Positions 29,407-37,722 of a DNA stretch of 64,000 bases are shown here, one piece after another; position 1 is the first letter of the stretch, and each line of letters begins with the position of its first letter. The notes beneath the pieces were generated by a model. It was not told the origin of the DNA. It did not search any database and saw only the letters and a list, made by a program, of their open reading frames with translations. Origin of the DNA: Polyangiales bacterium (GTDB lineage Bacteria; Myxococcota_A; Polyangia; Polyangiales; Polyangiaceae). The translations under genes were made by a program, and so were the position numbers. The stretch is taken from NCBI GenBank assembly GCA_038230375.1, contig JBBRNJ010000002.1, positions 170,016-234,015 on the forward strand. Reading direction: 5' to 3'.

Positions 29407-32378
29407 GGCACGCGCTCCTTCGTGAGGAACACTCCGGAGTCCAACCAGTAGCGATCGAACGTGGCCGTCTTCAGCGCCAGCACGAAGTCCGACGGCTCGT
29501 AGCTGTACTGCCCGCGCGTGGACTCCACCTTGGAGATGATCACCGGCGCGTCCTTGGTGCGCTGGAACTCGATGGTGACGCGATCGTCCAGGAGCGCCTG
29601 CTCGACCTCGGGTGTGGCGGGCCGGATCTCGAAGAGGGGAGAGCCTTCCATCTGCTCGCTGGCCACGTTGCGGAAGCCGATGCGCATCTCGCTCGTGTAG
29701 TGGAACGGGCGGCTCTTGTCGGGGCTGCGGCCGCCCTGGCCCTTGCTGTCGCGCGGGAAGAGCTCGTTGTCGTGCGGGATGTGCGGCTCGGTGTCCTGGT
29801 AGAGCCCGTAGACCGGGTTCTTCTCGGCCTCGATGATCTCGTCGAGCGCAAAGCCAGCGAGCTTGTTCTTGCTCGCGAGGTGCAGGATGGCGGCGCCTGC
29901 TGCGACGGTGCTCTTCGGATCCTTGATGAAGCCTGCGTCCTGCCACTTGGAAGGATACCACTCGCTCACGCGGAAATTCACCATCGCCTTGATGCGCGGC
30001 GGCGGGACGGGCATCTCGTTCACGAAGAGCGACCGCACCGGGATCAGCGCAGATGCGCGCCCGGCGAGCACCAGGAGGTCGATGTCGAACTGCGCCAGGA
30101 TGTCCGCATAGCGCCGCAGCGGCTCGCGCAGCACGCGGGAGATCACGCGCGAGACCTCGTCGTGGTCGAACGTGAGGAACACGTTGAACAGGCCAGGGAA
30201 GTCCGGGACGTGCTTGGTGAGGAACGCATCCGCCTCCTCGAGCACGGCGCCACCAAGAGCCGGTCGCTCGAACGCGGAGAGCGCGTCGTTCGGCAGCATC
30301 ATCTGGCCCGGTGAGATCTCCTGCGGCACCGTGCCCTCGCCCAGGGCCCAGAAGCAGCGCGCGAGCGGCATCCAGTAGTTCGGCACCAGGCGCGCGCGCA
30401 GGCTCTTCCACTCCGCGCCGAAGCCCGCGTCGCCTTCGCTCATCAGGTGTATGAGCTTGCGCCGCGCCGCTGCGGTGGGGATCTGCGAGAGGATCTGCGC
30501 GAAGACGATGTCCTCGACGAGCGCGCGACAGACCTCGTCGCCGGCGATGGAGACACCGTCCTGGAACAGCTTGCGGACCTTGAGCGCGGTGCCGGTGCCG
30601 GGGAGGCGATCCTCGTACTCGGCGATCATCACATCGGTGGTGCCGCCGCCGATGTCGACCGACGCGATGCGCAGCGAGCCGTGCGGCTTCTCGCCCGGGT
30701 TGTCCACGATGCCCGGCTTTCCGCCGTACACGGAGATGAGCTCCTCCATGCTGTTCTTGAACGTGTGCGCGACCTCCTCGTAGAGGTAGACCATCTGCGC
30801 GGCCAGGGCCTCGTCCACGAAGAGGAACGAGCTGTACTGGTTGGTGGCGGCGTCGAAGTTGGGACGCGCCTCGGGCGGCAGGTTCAGCACGTAGGCCGTG
30901 AGGATGACGGCGTTGCGAATGAGTGCATCATACACGCGTCGCTCTTCGTCAGGCATGCCCGACGGGTAGGTGACGACCAGGTGTTTCAGGACGCGCGGGT
31001 TGCCCTCCTTGCCCTGGAAGGCTCGGTATGCGGGCGAGCCGATCTGGGAGAACGCGTGCGTGAGGATCTCCACCATGGCGAACAGCATCATGGTCCGCGG
31101 CGCGTAGCGTGGGTTCGGAGGCGCGGCCGGGCCGTCCTCGCGCAGGAAGAGGCCACCGGACTCCTCGGGCAGGTACTTGAGCAAGCGTCCGAAGATCGGC
31201 GGGTGCTCGCCTTCGACCGTCTTCGCAAAGTGCCAGCGCTCGTCGCTCGGTCGGTGGTCCCACAGGTAGCGCTTGGGTCCGGAGATCGTGCACGCGTAGC
31301 GATGCGGCGTCTCCACCGCGCGGTCGAGCGCCTCGCGGCCCATGCGCACGATCGACGGAAGATCGAAGCTCGCGTTCGTGGCAACGGCCTGGTGCGCCTT
31401 GTCGAAGGGGCTGGGCACGAAGGTCACGCGAGAGTCGAAGGTCTCCTCGCTGACGTCGAACGGGTTCTGGTAGTTGCGCACCGTGAGCGGGACGGCGCTC
31501 ATGCCGCTCACTCCGCCGGAGCGCGGCTCCACGATCAATGCGCTGGACCGCGAGTTGCCGAAATCCAGGATGAGCGACACCGGGATCTGCGGGTGCTCCT
31601 CGAAGCGCGACAGCTTGATCTTGGGGAGCAGCGGATAGAGCGTGTCGTAGAGGGCGGCCAGCTTGAAGAGCGCGCGGTCGATGCCGGCCTTCTCCATGCG
31701 CCGCACCAGATCGCGCGTCTCGGGGTGATCGAAGAACGGGCCCACGTCGCCCTTGTCGAGCGGGCGGAACGGGCGATCGCGATCGAGCGCCGCGTCCAGG
31801 TGGCGGCCTTGCGATCCCGCGCGCTCCAGCGTGTCGACGGCGAGCAGAATGCGCGCGGACCGCGGCCCCTCGGCGGACAGGAACACCTGCACCGCGTGCG
31901 GGTTGGAGAGCTGGTAGGGCACCGGCAACCAGCGGCCCGAGAGCTCCGGAAGGTGATCGGCGCAGGAGATCTCGACGTCGGGCTCCTCACCCGCCTCTGC
32001 GCGCCTCACGCGGAAGCCTTCCTTCGACGTGTTCACGGAGGTGGTCGGCCTGGCGGGCATGGACGCAGGCGCGGTGATCTTTGGCGCTGCCGCGGCTGGC
32101 GGGCCGCCGAGGCCGACCTTCTTCCCGGCACTTGCGGCGGGCGGGGGCCCAGCCTCTGCCGGGGCGCCCGCATCCTTCATGATGCAGAAGCTGGAGACGA
32201 CGTCCGGCAGGTCACCGTCGCACGGGACCTCGTGGAAGATCGTCCCGGTATTGAAGAAGAGCTCGAGTACGAGCCCTGCGCCTTCGGAGCGAACCTGTGA
32301 ACCCGCGCCAGCCGCGCCACCCCCCGAAGGTGATTGGGGCTTCGCGTCGCCCAGCGAAACTTTCTTTTTCACCACCAT
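29403..32378 (-). CDS. srfB: SrfB-family protein (Hsp70/actin-like ATPase fold)
   Basis: LILDFGNSRS, SGPKRYLWD, VVTYPSGM, VDEALAAQ, SVDIGGGTTD, IAGDEV, LVLAGRAS and IKDPKSTVAAGA motifs; 991 aa. Confidence 0.85.
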   Translation of the reverse strand: MVVKKKVSLGDAKPQSPSGGGAAGAGSQVRSEGAGLVLELFFNTGTIFHEVPCDGDLPDVVSSFCIMKDAGAPAEAGPPPAASAGKKVGLGGPPAAAAPKITAPASMPARPTTSVNTSKEGFRVRRAEAGEEPDVEISCADHLPELSGRWLPVPYQLSNPHAVQVFLSAEGPRSARILLAVDTLERAGSQGRHLDAALDRDRPFRPLDKGDVGPFFDHPETRDLVRRMEKAGIDRALFKLAALYDTLYPLLPKIKLSRFEEHPQIPVSLILDFGNSRSSALIVEPRSGGVSGMSAVPLTVRNYQNPFDVSEETFDSRVTFVPSPFDKAHQAVATNASFDLPSIVRMGREALDRAVETPHRYACTISGPKRYLWDHRPSDERWHFAKTVEGEHPPIFGRLLKYLPEESGGLFLREDGPAAPPNPRYAPRTMMLFAMVEILTHAFSQIGSPAYRAFQGKEGNPRVLKHLVVTYPSGMPDEERRVYDALIRNAVILTAYVLNLPPEARPNFDAATNQYSSFLFVDEALAAQMVYLYEEVAHTFKNSMEELISVYGGKPGIVDNPGEKPHGSLRIASVDIGGGTTDVMIAEYEDRLPGTGTALKVRKLFQDGVSIAGDEVCRALVEDIVFAQILSQIPTAAARRKLIHLMSEGDAGFGAEWKSLRARLVPNYWMPLARCFWALGEGTVPQEISPGQMMLPNDALSAFERPALGGAVLEEADAFLTKHVPDFPGLFNVFLTFDHDEVSRVISRVLREPLRRYADILAQFDIDLLVLAGRASALIPVRSLFVNEMPVPPPRIKAMVNFRVSEWYPSKWQDAGFIKDPKSTVAAGAAILHLASKNKLAGFALDEIIEAEKNPVYGLYQDTEPHIPHDNELFPRDSKGQGGRSPDKSRPFHYTSEMRIGFRNVASEQMEGSPLFEIRPATPEVEQALLDDRVTIEFQRTKDAPVIISKVESTRGQYSYEPSDFVLALKTATFDRYWLDSGVFLTKERVP

Positions 32379-32499
32379 CGGATCAGAGAGCCGAAGCTAT
32401 CAGAAAAAGCAGCGAGAACAGGTGGAAAGCGGCTGGGCTTTGCGGCGATCCTCCCGTAAAATTGGCCCCATGAGGTGGGGGTTTCCTAACGTGCATGGC

Positions 32500-33582
32500 A
32501 TGCAGCGCTCTTCGCGTCTGGGCCTCCCCGCGGGATTCCTGGCGGCCATCGTAATCTTCATCTCCACCCCCGCAGCGGCGGACCCGCCACGCATGGAGGT
32601 GCAGGCGGTCGAGCGCACGGGCTCCATGCCCAAGGGCGTGACCCTGTCTCCTGACGGGCTGCACGCGTACGTCACGAACTTCGGGGAGCTGAATCACAAG
32701 AACGTGATGGTGTACGACGCGAAGACACTCGCGCTCACCGACACCATCAACGTGCCCGGCACTGTCGTGGAGAGCGTGCTCTCGCCGGACGGCGCCACGC
32801 TCTATGCTTCCAACTTCCGGCGCGGGTCGGTGCAGTTCATCGACCTTGCGACCAAGACGGTGACGCACGAGCTCAAGACGGGCGAGAACCCGAAGGTGCT
32901 CGCGCTGTCGGCCGACGGAAAGACCCTCTTCGCTGCGAACTGGTCCTCCAACTCGGTCGCGCAGATCGACACGGAGAAGGCGGAGGTCGTGCGCACGTTG
33001 CACGTCGGCCGCCAGCCGCGCGGCATGGCGATCGCGACGAACGGCACGCTCTACGTGGCGAACTTCTGGGGCGAGTCCATCGATGTCTTCACGGGCACCG
33101 GCGCCCCGGCAGGTACGGACCCCGTTCGCACCCGCACCAGCACGTGCAAGGTGCCGCGGCACCTCGCGCTCTCGCCTGACGAGCAGACGCTCTACGTGTC
33201 CTGCCTCACCGCGTCGCAGCTGGTCGCGTACGACGTTGCCACCATGAAGGTCACGCACCGCGCGCAGATCGGCCGCGCCCCGAAGAGCATCTCCGTCTCC
33301 GCGGACGGCCGATACGTGTATTCTGCAGATTACGGCGACTCGCGCAGCGTGACCGCAGTCGACACCACCGACTTCACCGCGCGCATCTTCCCGGTCCCGG
33401 GGATGGACCGCGGCAGCGGCGTGGTGGTCTACCCCGATGGCAAGCACGCCCTGGTGACGGGCTGGTATGACAGCCACCTCTACCTGGTGGGCTTCCAGGG
33501 CACGGGGGGCGATCCCGAAGAAGCCGCCAAGAAGACCCGCGGCTGGATCCACCGGGCCTACACCGAAGACCACGGCGAGTAG
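32500..33582 (+). CDS. Secreted YncE/YVTN-type beta-propeller protein
   Basis: Signal peptide ending PAAA-D; repeated P....LSPDG..LYV.N units. Confidence 0.85.
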   Translation: MQRSSRLGLPAGFLAAIVIFISTPAAADPPRMEVQAVERTGSMPKGVTLSPDGLHAYVTNFGELNHKNVMVYDAKTLALTDTINVPGTVVESVLSPDGATLYASNFRRGSVQFIDLATKTVTHELKTGENPKVLALSADGKTLFAANWSSNSVAQIDTEKAEVVRTLHVGRQPRGMAIATNGTLYVANFWGESIDVFTGTGAPAGTDPVRTRTSTCKVPRHLALSPDEQTLYVSCLTASQLVAYDVATMKVTHRAQIGRAPKSISVSADGRYVYSADYGDSRSVTAVDTTDFTARIFPVPGMDRGSGVVVYPDGKHALVTGWYDSHLYLVGFQGTGGDPEEAAKKTRGWIHRAYTEDHGE

Positions 33583-33687
33583 CCGGGAGTAGTCGGGAGT
33601 AGCGGCAAGTCGGGCCTCTCCGCATCCCAATAAATCGTTCACGATCCGTGTCACACTCTCCGTGTGGTGCCCGATGATCCCAGCGGC

Positions 33688-34653
33688 ATGAGCGATTCCG
33701 ACCTCGCAGCGCTGAGAACGCAGCTCGTAGCCGTGGTCCGCGCCCGGGTCCCCGAGCCGGACGTGGAAGACGTGGTCCAGGCGACGCTCGCCGACGCCGT
33801 GGCCGCGCAGAAGAAGCCCGCCGAGCCGGGCGAGCGACGCGCGTGGGTCTTCGGGATCGCGCGCCACAAGATCGCGGACTATCACCGCGGCCGGAAGCGA
33901 AGCCGCGCCGACTCGGACGACGTCGACCTGCCGGACAGCGCACCCCACCATTCCGAGCGGGACCTGCTGCGGTGGGCCGAGGGCGCGCTTCCGCAGGGGG
34001 AGGACGCAAAGCAGACGCTGGAGTGGATGCTCGAGGAGGGCGACGGCGCCAAGCTCGAGGAGATCGCAACGCGCGCCAAGGTCCCGGCGCCGACGGTGCG
34101 AAAGCGCGTGAGCCGTCTCCGCGAGCACCTTCGCGCGCAGTGGAAGAAGGAGCTCGCGCTGGTGTTCGCCGCGGCGCTGCTCGCCATGGCGGTGTACGTC
34201 CTCACGCGCGAGAAGGGACCAGAGGCGAACCACCCGGTGCCCGCGCCGACGCTCTCGGCGCTGCCGCCACAGGAGATCGCGCGGGGCCTCCGTATCGAGG
34301 CGCTCAAGAAGTGTGAACATGCAGACTACACGGAATGTCTGAAGATGCTCGACCGCGCGAAGGGCCTGGATCCGGCTGGCGATCTGGCCCCCGAGGTCGC
34401 GACCGCGCGCGCCGCCGCAGAGACATCCCTGCGCCCCGCGCCCACAGCGCCTGCGCCGTCGGCCGTACCGACCAGCAGCGGCGCGCCCATCGTTCCGCCG
34501 CCCACCGCCAACCCCACCGCCACCCCCACCGGCCTGCCGAAGCCGACCGGTAGCGGGTCGACACCCGCCCGTCCGACGCCCACGCTGCGGGGAAGCACGC
34601 CGTTCGGGACCGGCACGGGCGGCTCGAGCGGCTCGAGCGGCGGCTCGCTCTAG
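33688..34653 (+). CDS. ECF sigma factor with C-terminal TM helix and Pro/Thr-rich extension
   Basis: DVEDVVQAT, AWVFGIARHKIADYHR (region 2), LEEIA...PTVRKRVSRLR (region 4), then TM LALVFAAALLAMAVYVL. Confidence 0.85.
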   Translation: MSDSDLAALRTQLVAVVRARVPEPDVEDVVQATLADAVAAQKKPAEPGERRAWVFGIARHKIADYHRGRKRSRADSDDVDLPDSAPHHSERDLLRWAEGALPQGEDAKQTLEWMLEEGDGAKLEEIATRAKVPAPTVRKRVSRLREHLRAQWKKELALVFAAALLAMAVYVLTREKGPEANHPVPAPTLSALPPQEIARGLRIEALKKCEHADYTECLKMLDRAKGLDPAGDLAPEVATARAAAETSLRPAPTAPAPSAVPTSSGAPIVPPPTANPTATPTGLPKPTGSGSTPARPTPTLRGSTPFGTGTGGSSGSSGGSL

Positions 34654-35594
34654 GTCGGAGGAACGGAGAAGCCGCGCAATACCTTGCCAACGTCCGCGGT
34701 CAAGAGGCCGACTGCGACGAGAGCGCCGGCGGGGTCGAGCCACGCCATGGGGACGTCGGGAGCCGGCGGCGTCTCGAACGCCGTCACGGGCAGAGGCTTT
34801 CCATGCCGGGCCAGCGTCACGCCATCCGCGTTCAACGTCACGACGGGCAGGGCGCGCCGTGCCGCGTCCGCGAGCGCGATCGGGCGAAGCGAGTCTGACG
34901 CGAGCTCCGTGGCATCCGCGAGCGTGAACCCGCCAGACGCGAGCCGGCGCAGCCGCGATACATGGCCGACGGTCCCCAGCGCTTGCGCGAAGTCACGGGC
35001 GAACGCACGCACGTAGTAGCCCTTGTCGACGTGGAGCTCGACGTCGATCGTGCCGGCGTCCACGTCCGTCGCCGTGATCATCAGGCTGCGTACCCGGACG
35101 TCGCGCGGCGGCAGCACGACTGCATCCGCGCCCAGCTTTCGTGAGAGCGCGTGCGCGCGCTGACCGTCCACGTGGATCGCCGACACCGACGGCGGAACCT
35201 GTGACGTGCGCGCGAGCTCCGACACGAGCGCTCGAGCGAGTAAACCACGACCGTCCATTGCGCCCTCGGGAGGTGAGGACGGCCATGCGCGAAGCGCCGC
35301 TGCGAGCGCCTCCGGGAGCGCCCGCTCCTCCGTGACGATCCCGTCGGCGTCCAGGGAGTCCGTTGCGACCCCGAGCCGAATAGTTGTAGAATACACCTTG
35401 TCGTCCGCGGTCAGATACAGCGCCAGCTTCGTGGCCTGTCCGGAGAGGAGCACCAGGACACCCGTCGCGAGCGGGTCCAGCGTCCCCGCGTGACCCACGC
35501 CCTTCTGGTGCAAGATGCGTCGCGCCCGCGCAACGACGTCGTGGCTCGTCATCCCCGCGGGCTTGTCGACGATGAAGACGTTGTCCTGGCTCAT
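34650..35594 (-). CDS. truB: tRNA pseudouridine(55) synthase
   Basis: DKPAGMTSHDVV, GHAGTLDPLATGVL, QVPPSVSAI and KGYYVRA motifs. Confidence 0.95.
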   Translation of the reverse strand: MSQDNVFIVDKPAGMTSHDVVARARRILHQKGVGHAGTLDPLATGVLVLLSGQATKLALYLTADDKVYSTTIRLGVATDSLDADGIVTEERALPEALAAALRAWPSSPPEGAMDGRGLLARALVSELARTSQVPPSVSAIHVDGQRAHALSRKLGADAVVLPPRDVRVRSLMITATDVDAGTIDVELHVDKGYYVRAFARDFAQALGTVGHVSRLRRLASGGFTLADATELASDSLRPIALADAARRALPVVTLNADGVTLARHGKPLPVTAFETPPAPDVPMAWLDPAGALVAVGLLTADVGKVLRGFSVPPT

Positions 35595-35669
35595 TGTGCG
35601 ATCACGGTGCAGTCGTGGCGCACGGGGAGGGAACGGGACCCGGCGGGGCGTTGGTGGTAGCATTTCCGC

Positions 35670-37721
35670 ATGGCGCGCGGCGGCAAGAGAGACAAGTCGG
35701 GGCCCCCCCCGCAGGCGTCGCCCGCCATGCTAGGCCCGTACGAGATCACGGATCGCATCGCGACCGGCGGCATGGCGGAGGTGTATCTGGCGCGGCGCGC
35801 GGGCCCGTTCGGCTTCCAGAAGCGCGTCGCCGTGAAGCGGATCCTGCCGCAGCTCGCCAAGGACCAGGACTTCGTCTCCATGTTCATCGACGAGGCACGC
35901 GTGTCCGCGCGCCTGAGTCACCCGAACATCGTCACCGTGTTCGACTTTGGCGAGCACCAGGGTGAGCTCTACATGGCCATGGAGTACGTGGACGGGACCT
36001 CCTGCGCGAAGCTCTTGCGCGCGGCCGCCGTGCAGGACCGCAGGCCGCCGCTCGAGGTGACGCTCCAGACCATTCTCTCCGTGCTGCGCGCGCTCGACTA
36101 CGCACACTCCGCCCGCGACGACGACGGCAAGCCGCTCGACATCGTGCACAGGGACGTGTCGCCGGGGAACGTGCTCATCGACAAGTCGGGTGCAGTGAAG
36201 ATCACGGACTTCGGCATCGCGCGTGCGGCCGAGATGGAGCGACGGACCGATGCTGGACAGCTGAAAGGCAAGCTGGGCTACATGTCGCCCGAGCAGGTCA
36301 TCGGCCGCGAGCTGGACGCCCGGAGCGATCTCTTCACGCTGGGCATCCTGTTCGCCGAGCTCCTCACGCTCGAGCCGCTCTTCTCTGGCCCTTCGGAGAT
36401 CGACGTGCTCCTGAAGATCCGCGATGGTGACACGCGCACGCTCGACCGCGCCGATCTGCCGGACGACATGCGTCCGATCATCCGGCGCGCGCTGGCCCGC
36501 GATCGCACCCAGCGCTTTCCATCGGCAGCGGCGTTCGCACAGGCCATCGAGGAGGTGGTGCGCCACCGCAGGCTACGGCTCGGTCCGGGACCAGTTGCAG
36601 ACTACATCGATCGCCTCGCATGCGCAGAGGCACCAGAGGCGCACGTCCTTTCCATCACCAAGCCTGACGGCGGTGTCGTCGCGAGCGCTTCGGTCGCCGC
36701 ACCTCCGTCTGGAGAAAAGCCGTTCGAGCGTCTCGGGCGGCTCACGGACCGACCACCGGGCGCGGCAAGCGAGGATCCGGTCCCGGAGATCTACCGCGTG
36801 GAGCTCGTAAGCGGCGTGGTCGGGCCGCTCGCGTTTCCTCGGCTCATCGAGATGTTCGTGACGGGGCGCGTGGACAGCAAGACCCTCGTGTCGCGCGAGG
36901 GCGGGCCGTTCCGCGAGGCCCGCAACTTCCCCGAGCTGCTCCGCTTCGTGTCCAGCCCCGCGCTGTCATGGGAGAAGGACGAGCTCGGCTCGGGCCTCGT
37001 GGGCAAGACGCCGATCGACCGCACGAAGCTACCGCAGATGCTCTTCGACCTGGTCGACCGCCGCGAGACCGGCATCCTGTTCTTCGCGAACGGCCATAAC
37101 AAGAAGAAGGTGTTCCTGGCCGAGGGCATGGTGGAGATCGTGAGCTCCACGAACCCGAGCGAGCTCCTTGGCGAGCAGCTCGTGGCGCACGGTCAGGTGC
37201 TGCGCATGGAGCTCGACATGGCCCTGGCCATGCTCCCGTCGTTCAGCGGGCGGCTGGGCGATGCGCTCGTCGGCCTGGGTATCTTGCGGCCCGCGGAGCT
37301 GTTCCGTGCAATCTACACGCAAACGGTGGAGCGCTTCACGGAGGTGCTCTCCTGGGGCTCGGGCGACGTCGGGTTCCGGCGCGGCGCGCGCTCCCACGAA
37401 GACGTCATCCCGCTCGGCATCGACGTGCTCGGCATCCTGGGCAACACGGTTCGGCAGGCGTACTCGCGCGAGGACATCGCATGGGCGCTCCGTCGCGTCC
37501 TGTCGGAGAAGCCAGAGGCGAACGTTCCGGTCGATCGCCTGGGTCGGTACCGGCTCGAGCCCGCGGAGGAGCAGGTGCTCGCGTTGTTCGACGGCACGCG
37601 CACGGTCGCGGAGGCGTGCAAGGTGGCCGTGGCGTCGGGCATCTGTGACGCGCGACAGGCGGAGCTCGCGTGCTTCTTCGGGCTCTCGTACCTGATCATC
37701 CACGCTCCCTCGTGGACGTAG
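35670..37721 (+). CDS. Ser/Thr protein kinase with C-terminal DUF4388-like domain
   Basis: IATGGMAEVY, VAVK, HRDVSPGN, DFG and YMSPE motifs; C-terminal RETGILFF...LGEQLVAHG. Confidence 0.92.
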   Translation: MARGGKRDKSGPPPQASPAMLGPYEITDRIATGGMAEVYLARRAGPFGFQKRVAVKRILPQLAKDQDFVSMFIDEARVSARLSHPNIVTVFDFGEHQGELYMAMEYVDGTSCAKLLRAAAVQDRRPPLEVTLQTILSVLRALDYAHSARDDDGKPLDIVHRDVSPGNVLIDKSGAVKITDFGIARAAEMERRTDAGQLKGKLGYMSPEQVIGRELDARSDLFTLGILFAELLTLEPLFSGPSEIDVLLKIRDGDTRTLDRADLPDDMRPIIRRALARDRTQRFPSAAAFAQAIEEVVRHRRLRLGPGPVADYIDRLACAEAPEAHVLSITKPDGGVVASASVAAPPSGEKPFERLGRLTDRPPGAASEDPVPEIYRVELVSGVVGPLAFPRLIEMFVTGRVDSKTLVSREGGPFREARNFPELLRFVSSPALSWEKDELGSGLVGKTPIDRTKLPQMLFDLVDRRETGILFFANGHNKKKVFLAEGMVEIVSSTNPSELLGEQLVAHGQVLRMELDMALAMLPSFSGRLGDALVGLGILRPAELFRAIYTQTVERFTEVLSWGSGDVGFRRGARSHEDVIPLGIDVLGILGNTVRQAYSREDIAWALRRVLSEKPEANVPVDRLGRYRLEPAEEQVLALFDGTRTVAEACKVAVASGICDARQAELACFFGLSYLIIHAPSWT

Positions 37722-37722
37722 T

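Noticed and set aside
29407..30411. N-terminal 335 aa of the 28738-30411 ORF
   Set aside because: Overlaps srfB out of frame with low-information sequence; a GTG start with RBS at 29406 explains the real gene.
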